From positions 1 to 51,104 of the IMG/VR virus record IMGVR_UViG_3300009678_000070: 51,104 nucleotides of DNA, one strand, 5' to 3'. Position numbers and translations under genes: made by a program. How positions within the stretch are numbered: position 1 is the first letter of the stretch; the number at the start of each line of letters is the position of its first letter. Below are positions 36,050-45,718 of this stretch, piece by piece. This DNA is from a virus (lineage: Duplodnaviria > Caudoviricetes). Under the pieces are notes generated by a model. It was given only the letters and a program-made list of their open reading frames with translations. It was not told where the DNA came from and did not search any database.

Positions 36050-36301
36050 TCAGTTGTTTGCCGGATCAGATTGCAGTGCTTCAAGTAGTTCGTCGTGTAA
36101 TCCACGCGGAAGATTGTTCCATGCAATGCCAGCGAGTTTTTGCTGTTCGATTGCATCGGTCGTGTAGTGATTCCGAAACTCGAACATCCATTCGCCACAG
36201 CAGTTCGGCGTACCGTATGCCCACTTGCCGCCACAGGTTTCGTTGATGTCGAACTTCGCCGGCGATGCGCCGCACATGCAGATCCTATTCGTCGTCGTCA
36301 T
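36050..36301 (-). CDS. small Cys-rich protein
   Basis: CMCG..CCGEW..AWNNLPR. Confidence 0.65.
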   Translation of the reverse strand: MTTTNRICMCGASPAKFDINETCGGKWAYGTPNCCGEWMFEFRNHYTTDAIEQQKLAGIAWNNLPRGLHDELLEALQSDPANN

Positions 36302-36788
36302 GTCCGATCCGCCGTTTCGCCACCGTGTCGTCGCTGAGTCGCGCTACGTTGCGCGCAGTCTCGACTTCGGCAATATCTGCATACGCGTCCATGAATTTCT
36401 TACTCAGCCACTGGTGCTCAGACATAGGCTCAAGAGCGAGAGTTTCGTAGCCACCGATAACGCCGACCGCCTTGTCGATCCGTTCATCGCCGCAAGTACG
36501 AGACTTGCGCCAATCGCTACCGACGCCAGTTGCATGATCCATCGCACGTTGCCATGCCTCGCGCGGACTCGTCTGTGCAGCCTTGCGAAGTTTTTCAAAC
36601 GCAGATGGTCGAGGAAAAAAATCGCACGTGCGTGTAAGGTGCGTCGCCGCTTCGCTGAACTCTGGAAATGTCCAGTCAGCGAACGAATCCCAATAGGCAG
36701 CGAGCAAGTCTTTAGTTATGTCCTCTTTGAAAACTGCGCCTAATCGATTCATCACTTCCAGAAATTTTTGCTTTTCATGCTGTTTCAT
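36285..36788 (-). CDS. replication-associated protein (helicase loader / DUF6475-like)
   Basis: follows the initiator gene; AYWDSF, FFPRPS, EAW, IDKAVGVIGGY, KKFMDAY. Confidence 0.65.
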   Translation of the reverse strand: MKQHEKQKFLEVMNRLGAVFKEDITKDLLAAYWDSFADWTFPEFSEAATHLTRTCDFFPRPSAFEKLRKAAQTSPREAWQRAMDHATGVGSDWRKSRTCGDERIDKAVGVIGGYETLALEPMSEHQWLSKKFMDAYADIAEVETARNVARLSDDTVAKRRIGHDDDE

Positions 36789-37644
36789 TTAACCACTCCA
36801 CTGAGGCTGCAACATTTTTCTCGAATCGACGCTCGCCTTTGTTGCGCGGCACTTCCCACAGTTCTAGGTAATGTTTGTCAGGGCCGCAGAACGTGGCAGC
36901 CTGTTTGACGAACTCGGTGCCGGTTGTGTCTGTGGCGTCGCACCACGCGGCATATCGTCGCGCTCCTTCGATGATCGTTTGCCAATCCTCACCGCCTTTC
37001 AGTCGCGTGTTACAGGCGCGCAGTGCTCGATTCCATGATTGTCCGCCTGCACGCTTCGGGTAGACTCGCTTCAGTTCTTCGAAGTCGAAAGTGGGCTGTT
37101 TTTTTTGTGAGCGTCGCGTCGCTTTCTTTTTGGCGACGCGATGTACTAATGATTCACTACGTGTCGATAGTTTTCCGTGTGAAGGACTTTCCGATACCAC
37201 GTTTTTTGCGTCTCGGTCTGCGTCTCCATCTGCCGCGCAAGCGGTCTTATCTGTATCTAAGGCCGTTACCTCGCCGTTACTGAAACGTTTCCTCGCCGTT
37301 TCAGGATTGTTAGGTATTGTTTTGTTTGGTCTTTTCTTTTGCCGTTCGCGATACTTGCGCACCCGTGCCGTGCTGTTGGCAGAAACAGGCTGTCGCTTCT
37401 CCCAGTTGACTATTTCGTCGTTCGCGTCCATGAATCCTTTACGTCGAAATACTTCCAGCGTTGTTTCAAGTTCCTCGCTTGAAATGCGCATGGCACAAGC
37501 GAGTTCGTCGTGGCTTAGATTTATTTCCTCAGAGCATTTGAGGCAGAACATCATGACGAGTCGGCGCTGCAATGTTTCGTCCATGCTTTGCACTTTCGGG
37601 TCTTTCGCAAATTCCGCATACATGCGGAACCACGGTAGGCTCAT
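36775..37644 (-). CDS. phage replication initiation protein
   Basis: PWFRMYAEFAKDPKVQ N-terminus, NWEKRQ..STARVRKYRERQK, FEELKRVYPKRAG, VKQAATFCGP. Confidence 0.85.
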   Translation of the reverse strand: MSLPWFRMYAEFAKDPKVQSMDETLQRRLVMMFCLKCSEEINLSHDELACAMRISSEELETTLEVFRRKGFMDANDEIVNWEKRQPVSANSTARVRKYRERQKKRPNKTIPNNPETARKRFSNGEVTALDTDKTACAADGDADRDAKNVVSESPSHGKLSTRSESLVHRVAKKKATRRSQKKQPTFDFEELKRVYPKRAGGQSWNRALRACNTRLKGGEDWQTIIEGARRYAAWCDATDTTGTEFVKQAATFCGPDKHYLELWEVPRNKGERRFEKNVAASVEWLNETA

Positions 37645-37658
37645 AGCAATTCCCCTTG

Positions 37659-37937
37659 TCAGTAGTTTTCATGATCGATCAAACGCCAAAAATTCTCGGC
37701 CAGTCGCACGATGCGCGGACCGCCATCTGCGGGCGGGCGCGATGGATCACCTTGTTCCAATAATTTGATTCCCGCCTCGATGTGCTCGATGGGAATGCCG
37801 GTTTGCTTTGCTATTTCATCTGGCGTCGCATCGATGATTCCATCCTCATCGCAAAACCAGATCAGTGGGAATATTGTGACTTTCGCTTGCCATGGCAGCG
37901 ACGCGTCAACTATTAACTTCGAATTCTTTCCGAACAC
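37659..37937 (-). CDS. short winged-helix protein resembling an initiator N-terminus
   Basis: CDEDGIIDATPDEIAKQTGIPIEHIEAGIKLLEQGDP; RBS agggag before GTG. Confidence 0.55.
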   Translation of the reverse strand: MFGKNSKLIVDASLPWQAKVTIFPLIWFCDEDGIIDATPDEIAKQTGIPIEHIEAGIKLLEQGDPSRPPADGGPRIVRLAENFWRLIDHENY

Positions 37938-38026
37938 TTTGCATCTCCCTTTTTCGTTGCAAAAAAAACCGACCGCGCCATCACGCAAACGACTGAGGGC
38001 GTTTACATGACAGCACGGCCGGTTCC

Positions 38027-38326
38027 TTACTTCACTGACTTCTGTTTGCGTCGCGCAGGCTTTTGTTTTTCGACTGGCGCAGGCCAGATGTCAGGTCGTA
38101 AGTCCCAAAGGTCCAATCGCAGGTCGTCGTCTTCGAACATCTTCTGCGAAGTTTCAACAATGACGCGCGCGCGCGCAGGACCCGTGCGCGTGTAGCCGGT
38201 AGTAATGGCGTTCAACATGCCCGGCGAGATTTGCATGGTGTCACAGAACTCGCGTCGATTATCAGCACCGAGGCGACGCCAGAAAAGAAACAGTTTCGAA
38301 TTTTTTGCGTTTCGTCTGACAGGCAT
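38027..38326 (-). CDS. Cro/YdaS-like HTH regulator
   Basis: first gene of the replication operon; HTH-like region and DLRPDIWP motif. Confidence 0.75.
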   Translation of the reverse strand: MPVRRNAKNSKLFLFWRRLGADNRREFCDTMQISPGMLNAITTGYTRTGPARARVIVETSQKMFEDDDLRLDLWDLRPDIWPAPVEKQKPARRKQKSVK

Positions 38327-38339
38327 TGTCGCAATCCTT

Positions 38340-38460
38340 GTTGAGAAGTTCTGAAAAGGTAGGCACCTATTATAATGTTGTAATGCAGGTTGAAAAGGGA
38401 GTAAGATGAGAAATATGCGGTGTTTTTTATACAGTAGCGCGATTTATTTAATGCAGTAGC
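38340..38460. promoter_or_regulatory. AT-rich divergent promoter region
   Basis: palindrome ATTATAAT (38369-38376) gives TATAAT on both strands; genes diverge from here. Confidence 0.6.
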
Positions 38461-38498
38461 GTTAGTGCATGACGTTTTATCACGGCGAGGATGCAAGC

Positions 38499-39296
38499 AT
38501 GGCAGAACTGGAACTTGGTCGGATTTCGTTGCCTGCCGAGCAATATCACGCAGATCGGTCAGCGGTCAGCAAAGGGTGGCTGGATCGAATCGACCGATCA
38601 CCCGCGCACCTGCGCGCGTACCTTGACGGCATCGAACGACCAGACACGCCTGCTTTGATACTCGGTCGCCTTGTGCATGTCGCAGTGCTCGAACCCGATT
38701 TGCTGACGCAGCAGTTCGTCACAGCGCCGCAAGAAATCAATCGCAGAACGAAACTCGGCAGAGACGAGTACGCCGCATGGCTGAAAGAGAACGCGCACAA
38801 GCAAGTCGTAACAGAGTCGCAGTTGGATCTGGCGGTTGCGATGCGCGACTCGGTACACAAAAACAAAGCAGCACGCGCGTTACTCGGCATCGGCGATCCT
38901 GAGCAAACAGTTGTATGGCAGAACAGCGAAACGGGCGAGCGTTGCAAGGCACGCGCCGACTGGCTACGAGACTTCCCGGTTGATGTAAAGACCACGCAGG
39001 ATGCACGGCCTGAACCGTTCGCGCGTTCTATAGTCAGTTATCGCTATGACGTTCAAGCCGGGCATTACTTGGAAGGTTTCGAGGCAGATCGCTTCGTTTG
39101 GATTGCGGTCGAGAAAGACCCGCCATACGCCTGCGCCGTGTACGCCGTCGATGATGTGATACGCGCGCGCGGGCGAGCAGCACGCGACCGCAACCTGCGC
39201 ACATATGCCGAATGCCGTGCAAGCAACAAGTGGCCAGCATATCCCGATGTGATAAACACAATCGAGTTGCCCCGTTGGGCGCTCAACGGTCAATGA
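38499..39296 (+). CDS. RecE/exonuclease VIII-like PD-(D/E)XK nuclease (DUF3799-like)
   Basis: YHA..AVSKGWLD..SPAH, LGRLVH..VLEP, CKARADW, VDVKTT, YRYDVQAGHY. Confidence 0.9.
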   Translation: MAELELGRISLPAEQYHADRSAVSKGWLDRIDRSPAHLRAYLDGIERPDTPALILGRLVHVAVLEPDLLTQQFVTAPQEINRRTKLGRDEYAAWLKENAHKQVVTESQLDLAVAMRDSVHKNKAARALLGIGDPEQTVVWQNSETGERCKARADWLRDFPVDVKTTQDARPEPFARSIVSYRYDVQAGHYLEGFEADRFVWIAVEKDPPYACAVYAVDDVIRARGRAARDRNLRTYAECRASNKWPAYPDVINTIELPRWALNGQ

Positions 39297-39541
39297 CAAT
39301 GAGCGAGACGGTTCACGGGTACTTTGAGACGACTGCGGTCAAGTGCGGCGCGTGCGGTGAAGAAGTTAACTTCAGAATTTATGACGGACATTGCAGGTTT
39401 CAAGAAAGTTTCGGAACAAAATTTCGGCATAGACTGCGCACGACAGGTGGCGACGTTTGGTTTGTACATTGTGAACTATTAAAATTCGACGACGTTAACA
39501 GACTGACACGATCAGAACTTGGAATGGATCGATGGAAGTAA
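39293..39541 (+). CDS. small hypothetical protein (CxxC)
   Basis: ATGA overlap with the exonuclease stop. Confidence 0.6.
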   Translation: MTMSETVHGYFETTAVKCGACGEEVNFRIYDGHCRFQESFGTKFRHRLRTTGGDVWFVHCELLKFDDVNRLTRSELGMDRWK

Positions 39542-40257
39542 TCTTCAAAGATATTCAACAAGTGGAGGGTAATCCAGTGGGAGAAATTGCAAAGATGGAA
39601 AACAAACGCACAAGTCTGGTGGCGAAGATTGCATCGAAGTACGAAGTGGACCCTGACAAGATGATGGCGACACTGAAAGCCACGGCATTCAAAGGCAACG
39701 TAAGCAACGAACAGATGCTTGCGCTGCTCGTGGTCGCAGACCAGCACAACTTGAATCCGTTCACGCGTGAGTTGTTCGCGTTCCCTGACAAGGCGAACGG
39801 CATAGTGCCGGTCGTCTCGGTCGATGGCTGGTCGCGCATTATCAATGACCATCCGCAGTTCGATGGCGTGGAGTTCAAGCAGGACGATGAGCAATGTACC
39901 GCGATCATTTACCGCAAGGATCGAAGTCACCCGACATCGATCACCGAACGCATGAGCGAGTGCAGGCGCAACACTTCGACTTGGACCTCGCATCCGTGGC
40001 GCATGTTGCGACACAAGGCGCTGATCCAATGCGCGCGACTGGCGTTCGGGTTCTCAGGTATCTACGACCCTGACGAAGCCGACCGCATTCGTACAAGCGC
40101 TAACATCATCGAAGGCGCAACTGAATCGAAAACCGATGTCGAAAATCTAAACAAAGAACTCGGACTGACGAGCAACCCGCAAGTGCCTGAACCTGTCGAG
40201 CAGGAAAATGACGACGACTCAGAAGTCATTTACGACGCGAGCGTACCGAGCGACTGA
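39532..40257 (+). CDS. bet: single-strand annealing recombinase, lambda Red-beta family
   Basis: LNPFTRELFAFPDKANGIVPVVSVDGWSRIIN, YRKDRSHP, HPWRMLRHKALIQCARLAFGFSGIYD; true start may be the GTG a few codons downstream. Confidence 0.93.
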   Translation: MEVIFKDIQQVEGNPVGEIAKMENKRTSLVAKIASKYEVDPDKMMATLKATAFKGNVSNEQMLALLVVADQHNLNPFTRELFAFPDKANGIVPVVSVDGWSRIINDHPQFDGVEFKQDDEQCTAIIYRKDRSHPTSITERMSECRRNTSTWTSHPWRMLRHKALIQCARLAFGFSGIYDPDEADRIRTSANIIEGATESKTDVENLNKELGLTSNPQVPEPVEQENDDDSEVIYDASVPSD

Positions 40258-40382
40258 TCTTCTGGCAGGTGATTCCCTTGTTTTGACGACAGGCGGGAAC
40301 CACAATCATCTTGCCGCAAGCGTCCCGGGCATGACGTGAAAAGGCCCACTCGACTTGTAAGAAAAATCTGTGGGAGGTTTTT

Positions 40383-42044
40383 GTGCGCAATCTTTTTCGA
40401 CGCTACTTGAATTGGCTGGTAGTGATTTTTCGAAAGCCTGTCGAGCAAGACGAACAACCGCAGCAGGCAGAACAGCCACAGCCCGAACCACAACAAGAAC
40501 CCGCGCCTGCCGCCTCGGTCGAGCCAGTACCGTTGTCTGCATACCAGCGCGACGTTTTGGACTGGGGCAAAGGCGTTCCGCTAAGACCGAAGAAGCAACG
40601 ACGACAGAAAGGCGTGCCGCGCCCACCGAGAAAAGAAAAAGCAACAGCCGACGAGTCTGAGCAAAAGCCTGAGCCGCAACCAGAGCCCGTGAAGATCGCC
40701 GAGCCTATCGACTTAGACGACTTCAAGCGTCGGCACGGCATCGATTGCATAACGGACACGTTTCTCAAGAGTGAGGAAAAGCGGTTCATGTATTCAACCA
40801 GCGACGACTTGGTGAATATGGGCCTGAACACAATCGACGATATGAAAGAATGCTGCGACAAGATATGGAATGCGATTGACGAAGCGTTGCCTTTCGTTGA
40901 TAAAAAAACGCATTACAGTGGGTTCGTGTCTAACGATGCACGCACTGAGTCTTCAACTGTCTTGACACGCGGCGAGTTTCTTGGCGCAGCAAACCGTGGC
41001 ATCTATGTACGCGGCGACTCAGCAATAATCGATCCAAATTCAGGCATTGTGCATCGTCTGCAAGACGGCACGCTGCCGCTCGGCGGTTTGGTTGCGCATG
41101 TTGTTCCAAGCCGATACGACAAAGACCGGCCAGAGAATTGCGTGGACTTTCATATTACCTACGTCAATCGGGTTTTCTGTTTGCCGCCGGGCTTCGTGGC
41201 GACAGGTGATGGCTTTCCGTACCGAGTGACAATGATTGCGTGGATGGACGCGCGAAAGAAAGGCGAGAAAACGGGTTGGGCTGCCATCGATCATTACGTC
41301 ACAGTGGACAGAGAAGGCAAAACGTCAGTTTGCTTGATGGTGAAATATTCAAATCGATCGGTTCGCAGGCACGGTAAGCGCAGGCGCGGCGAAGTAATGT
41401 CTCGCGATCTGTACTTGCCGTGCATTCACTACTACAACCCGAACAGAGTGAGAAAAGATTGGGAACAGACCATCGAAGAACGCACGGCGTCGACATTGAA
41501 TGGTTATCAGCATAACGATGATACTTGGAATGCCGTTTTTGAAAAGCACAAGCGCAAATTGATTTTCTGTTTTGATTATCGACTTGCGCGGCGGCTGTTT
41601 GCAGAAAGACGGTCGGAAGTATCAAGCGACGGAAAGCGATTGCCAATCTTGCACTTCGTAACTGGCCATCGTCGCAAACTCGCAGATGGTAGTTTTCACG
41701 ATGTGAAGATCCACATACGCGGGGCAAGGCGGTTCAAACTCGGTGACTACGCGGTCGAGATACAGGTGCCCGGTTTGCATCGCGAGTCGCGCGATGAGTC
41801 TGGTGTGCTTGAGCATTGCGCGTATGCAGTCGTCGATTCGTGGTTCTTCTTCTTATTCAAGACTCGAAACGTATCGCTTGTGTCGCGCAAGAAATTGCGG
41901 CAAATCTCGCGCGAGCGCGATTTGAATTCTGAAGCCGAGTACGCTGGCAAAGTAAAAGACGTTCAAGACATTCAGAATTATCTGACTTACTACCGGCCCG
42001 GACTGGAACCGCTGGTTGGCGATCAATGTAAGCAATGGCATTGA
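40383..42044 (+). CDS. large hypothetical protein
   Basis: 553-aa ORF; Pro/Gln/Glu-rich N-terminus; HFVTGHRRKL and IHIRG motifs. Confidence 0.75.
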   Translation: MRNLFRRYLNWLVVIFRKPVEQDEQPQQAEQPQPEPQQEPAPAASVEPVPLSAYQRDVLDWGKGVPLRPKKQRRQKGVPRPPRKEKATADESEQKPEPQPEPVKIAEPIDLDDFKRRHGIDCITDTFLKSEEKRFMYSTSDDLVNMGLNTIDDMKECCDKIWNAIDEALPFVDKKTHYSGFVSNDARTESSTVLTRGEFLGAANRGIYVRGDSAIIDPNSGIVHRLQDGTLPLGGLVAHVVPSRYDKDRPENCVDFHITYVNRVFCLPPGFVATGDGFPYRVTMIAWMDARKKGEKTGWAAIDHYVTVDREGKTSVCLMVKYSNRSVRRHGKRRRGEVMSRDLYLPCIHYYNPNRVRKDWEQTIEERTASTLNGYQHNDDTWNAVFEKHKRKLIFCFDYRLARRLFAERRSEVSSDGKRLPILHFVTGHRRKLADGSFHDVKIHIRGARRFKLGDYAVEIQVPGLHRESRDESGVLEHCAYAVVDSWFFFLFKTRNVSLVSRKKLRQISRERDLNSEAEYAGKVKDVQDIQNYLTYYRPGLEPLVGDQCKQWH

Positions 42045-42045
42045 A

Positions 42046-42567
42046 ATGCTAATAATAAAACTGAACTACCACGAAATAATCACCGCAGCGATGGGCGGTG
42101 TGCTGCGTCAACTTGAAAACATGCGCGACGGCCGAATGAATACGCACGGCTTGAAAAAAGGCGAAGCGCACGACTGGCAGTTGCACATCGAAGGCTGTCT
42201 CGGTGAGTTAGCAGTTGCAAAGGCCATGAATCTTTACTGGTCGAAAGGACAGTACGGCGCAGACGATGTTGGTGACTTTCAGGTGCGCACGACTCGTCGC
42301 GATCAGTCAGACCTGATCCTGCACCCGCGCGATCCCGACGATAAGCGGTTCTACTTGGTGACCGGATATAACGGCAGGTACAAAATATGCGGCTGGATCC
42401 TTGGTCGCGACGGCAAGAAATTGGAGTACTGGAAAGACCCTGCAGGAGGACGACCGGCCTTTTTCGTGCCACAATCCGCGCTCACCGATGCGCAAATACC
42501 GGAACAGACCGACGACAGTCGACGGCATCAAGTTCGCCTCAGCGAAGGAAGCGCGTCGGTACTCTGA
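42046..42567 (+). CDS. hypothetical protein, possibly nuclease-like
   Basis: GCLGELAVAK, DVGDFQVRTT, FFVPQ. Confidence 0.65.
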   Translation: MLIIKLNYHEIITAAMGGVLRQLENMRDGRMNTHGLKKGEAHDWQLHIEGCLGELAVAKAMNLYWSKGQYGADDVGDFQVRTTRRDQSDLILHPRDPDDKRFYLVTGYNGRYKICGWILGRDGKKLEYWKDPAGGRPAFFVPQSALTDAQIPEQTDDSRRHQVRLSEGSASVL

Positions 42568-42811
42568 ACTGAAGTTGCTCGAAAAAGCAGGCGCAATTCA
42601 TAGTCTCGAATTGCAGCCACGCATCAAACTGGAAGTTGGTGGCGTAAAAATTGTCTACCGGAGCGGTCGGCAGGCTACCTACGTCGCCGACTTCCGGTAT
42701 ATTGAGCACGGCCGGTATGTCACTGAGGACACCAAGGGCGTGCGCACCCGCGACTACAAACTGAAGGATGCCATCCTGCTTGCGGCAGGCATTCGTGTCG
42801 TCGAACTGTGA
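42488..42811 (+). CDS. DUF1064-family endonuclease
   Basis: KYRNRPTTVDGIKFASAKEARRY.EL, LELQP, YVADFRY, EDTKG. Confidence 0.88.
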   Translation: MRKYRNRPTTVDGIKFASAKEARRYSELKLLEKAGAIHSLELQPRIKLEVGGVKIVYRSGRQATYVADFRYIEHGRYVTEDTKGVRTRDYKLKDAILLAAGIRVVEL

Positions 42812-43317
42812 GCGGCGATTCCGTTGCGCGACTGAGCGAATGGGGTCGCGGCTGTCGCGGTGAGTCGGTGCGCTTGGGGCTGCCTCGTATTTCGCAGATT
42901 CAAGTCATGATCGACTATGTGCTGCGCGAGGAACGGCTGGCCAGAGGCGTCAAGCGAAAGCGCCTGCGGCAGACTCAGGCGGTACGCGAGTCGAAGCCTG
43001 CACAGCGCAACAAAGTTCCTATGATGTCGTCGCAGGTGCTTGAAGTGGATCACATAGTCGCGAACTTGCCGACATGGATGCGCACAGTCCTCATCCGGTC
43101 GTATCTATATGGCCAGCCTGACAAAACGGCTGCTCAAGACCTACGGATGCCGAAGTGGATGTACCGCAATGCAAGACTGGCGGCAGAGGAAGAAGTCGGC
43201 CTGAGACTTGCAAAGCCAATCGCGCGCGCTACAATTCCCGCCGACGCCGTTCCGGGGAACGTTGAGCGTGCCGATAGGCCCGCCGCGAATTCTGCGGGAA
43301 AGGTGTCTTCGCGATAA
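42808..43317 (+). CDS. antiterminator Q-like late regulator
   Basis: RLSEWG, VDHIVANL, C-terminal HTH-like region; last gene before a terminator and the late genes. Confidence 0.6.
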   Translation: MSGDSVARLSEWGRGCRGESVRLGLPRISQIQVMIDYVLREERLARGVKRKRLRQTQAVRESKPAQRNKVPMMSSQVLEVDHIVANLPTWMRTVLIRSYLYGQPDKTAAQDLRMPKWMYRNARLAAEEEVGLRLAKPIARATIPADAVPGNVERADRPAANSAGKVSSR

Positions 43318-43396
43318 AGGTCAAGCCGACGGCATCCCGGCGTGATATTCTTCCAATCGCAGTCCAAGATGCAGGGTTCCTCAGTTCTCTGCACCG

Positions 43397-43431
43397 AAAA
43401 AGCCCGCCACTCCCACGGCGGGCTTTTTTTT
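43397..43431 (+). terminator. intrinsic (probably bidirectional) terminator, tR'-like position
   Basis: aaaaagcccgcc-actcccac-ggcgggctttttttt. Confidence 0.88.
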
Positions 43432-43492
43432 GTTGCGGCGTAGCGCAGAAGCAGCGCGCGTGGCTCATAACCACGAGTTAGAAAGGCGATTC

Positions 43493-43636
43493 ATGCTGCA
43501 CAGAATGTTCGATGGTGCTGAACGTCGCGCACGATTCGGCGATGCAATCCCTTGCACGCCTGACGCGGACAGCGTGCGCACTAAGAACTACCGAGCGCGG
43601 CGCGAACTCAAGCAGTCAAGACCTCGTCGTGACTAA
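43493..43636 (+). CDS. small hypothetical protein
   Basis: RBS aaagg before ATG; basic. Confidence 0.45.
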   Translation: MLHRMFDGAERRARFGDAIPCTPDADSVRTKNYRARRELKQSRPRRD

Positions 43637-43832
43637 GGTAAAAAAAATTCAGTCAAAGTGCGGCGGCAGTTGGCGCTACGACAACGTGACGAGCAAGTGG
43701 GTTTGCTCAGATGGTCGGATCGTTGTTCGGCAAAGCACGGGCGAGTTCGACAGACACGGTGAACCGCTGCCGTGTTTTGGTTATTTCCTGATCGAGCCTG
43801 ACGGCGGCGGTCGCAGACTCTACTTGTACTAA
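43629..43832 (+). CDS. small hypothetical protein
   Basis: GTG start overlapping the upstream ORF; GGSWRYD..WVCSDGR. Confidence 0.55.
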   Translation: MTKVKKIQSKCGGSWRYDNVTSKWVCSDGRIVVRQSTGEFDRHGEPLPCFGYFLIEPDGGGRRLYLY

Positions 43833-43852
43833 TCGCGACAAGGAAAAACATT

Positions 43853-45712
43853 ATGGCGCGCAGCATACCGGCCGGTTATCAGAAAGTTCTGGAGATGTTC
43901 GGCCCTGATCCTATTGGTCAAGGCAACATCTGGTTTTTTGATCCGACCAGCACAGGCAATCCCACCGGCGCATCGCCTGAGAATGCATTGCGCACAGCCG
44001 CGAATATCAATGCGGCACGGTTCGCGACCGGCGACGCGCTCGTTTGGCGTGCGGGAACCGTCACCACACTCACTGAAAAAATCCGCAACAATCGGATGGT
44101 CGGTCGCGAAGGCGATCCGTTTTTTCTCGGCGCGTATTACATGGACGGCGGCTTGCCAAAGATTGGTCTTGGCGGTCTGCCTCGCCCGTGCATTGACGGA
44201 CTTGCCGCCGACGAGTTCGATGCATTCGGCAATATGACGCAGATGACGGTCATGTCCATGATCCCGAAGCCGGTCGCGAATGAGGACGGCAGTTTCAAAG
44301 AAGGAGAAATGGAAGGGCTGTTCAACTGGTATCAGTCTGTGCCTTACGACTTGATGCTGTGGGTGCAGGACATCGCGTGTCGTTATTCAGGCGGGCGCGC
44401 GTTCCGTTTCACGCAAGGTACTGGCGGTCGCGCGCGTGGTCTGTACATGGAAAACTGCTACGGCGAAGGACTCGCGAAGCAGTATGTCCACCTCGCCGGA
44501 CTCTACGATGCGATCATAAAGACTTCGCGCATGACCCTGACCGGCTTCGAAATCAATTACGCGAACCCGGTGAAGATCGCGCAGGCAGCGATTGCTACCA
44601 AGGGCACCAGCGGCGATCCCGATACGCCGGTCAATGTCTGGTTCGATGATCCCCTGATGTGGTGCGGCTGGTCTACCGAGGCGATCAATAGCAATTCAGG
44701 CAACAAAGGCGTTGGAATCCTCGACGGCTTCGCGGTGGACAATGGCTGCTATGGCTACTATCACGACCGCACCGCGGATATGTCGTCGAAGCGTTGCATT
44801 ACCATTCGCACCGACAATGAAAAGTTCAAAGACTATCGGCAAGGGCAGCACGGGCGCGGCACGGTCGGCTTTTCAATTCAGAACGAAGGTCACGATGGTT
44901 CGTTTGACTGGACCGGAACGTATAACACGCCTGAAGATTTCGCCGCCTATCAGACCCACGACAACGTACTGGAACAGAACATCGCTATCGGCTACGCGTA
45001 CAACTTCGGTTTCCAGTCACAAGCCTCGACCAAGCGCGGCTATGTACACGAAGGGCGACCGCATGGCGCCGCGATTTATTTCTACGGCGGCTTGTCGGTC
45101 AATCCGGCCGTCTCGCACTGGAGTTTCGTCGGCAATAACAACGATGCCTATGTACTCGACACGGCACGTCCGCCTCGCGTGTGGGGCTGTGCGCATATTG
45201 GTGACAAGCCGGTCGCTGATCGAAACGAGGATCAATTTGTCAGCGTATTCCGCGCCAACTATTTCGACGTTGCGCCTCCTGCGGCTTACGGCACTGACGC
45301 CATCGTCGGCGGTCTGACATTCCCGATTCAGGAATACCCTGACCTGTCAGTCTTGATGGACAAAGACTCGAATGGCTGGATGAACGAGGAACAAGCGCTC
45401 GCGTTCAAAGCCAAAGTGATTGACCTGCTGAAGCCATCGGTCGCCATGTCAACGGGGATCGCTGCGAGCACGGTGGATTATCCGTCGCAGTACACGATGG
45501 ACACTTTCGCGCCGCTCGACTTCAACGGAGATGCGTGGAAAGACACGATGCCAGTCGGCCCTTTCGTTGGTCCGTCTTCGGTCGAGCCGCCTGACGAACT
45601 TGAGGAACGTGTCGAGGAACTTGAAGCGCAAGTCGAGGAACTTCAAATACAGTTCCTCGAACTGGACGAGCGCGTCAAGGCAGGTGGTCGAGTTCTGGCG
45701 GGTTCGGAGTAA
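43853..45712 (+). CDS. right-handed beta-helix (pectin lyase-like) protein; tailspike/depolymerase candidate
   Basis: WFFDP..G.SPENALRT..IN..F..GDALVWRAG lead-in typical of parallel beta-helix proteins; Asn/Gly-rich coils; C-terminal heptads LEERVEELEAQVEEL. Confidence 0.65.
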   Translation: MARSIPAGYQKVLEMFGPDPIGQGNIWFFDPTSTGNPTGASPENALRTAANINAARFATGDALVWRAGTVTTLTEKIRNNRMVGREGDPFFLGAYYMDGGLPKIGLGGLPRPCIDGLAADEFDAFGNMTQMTVMSMIPKPVANEDGSFKEGEMEGLFNWYQSVPYDLMLWVQDIACRYSGGRAFRFTQGTGGRARGLYMENCYGEGLAKQYVHLAGLYDAIIKTSRMTLTGFEINYANPVKIAQAAIATKGTSGDPDTPVNVWFDDPLMWCGWSTEAINSNSGNKGVGILDGFAVDNGCYGYYHDRTADMSSKRCITIRTDNEKFKDYRQGQHGRGTVGFSIQNEGHDGSFDWTGTYNTPEDFAAYQTHDNVLEQNIAIGYAYNFGFQSQASTKRGYVHEGRPHGAAIYFYGGLSVNPAVSHWSFVGNNNDAYVLDTARPPRVWGCAHIGDKPVADRNEDQFVSVFRANYFDVAPPAAYGTDAIVGGLTFPIQEYPDLSVLMDKDSNGWMNEEQALAFKAKVIDLLKPSVAMSTGIAASTVDYPSQYTMDTFAPLDFNGDAWKDTMPVGPFVGPSSVEPPDELEERVEELEAQVEELQIQFLELDERVKAGGRVLAGSE

Positions 45713-45718
45713 CAGATC

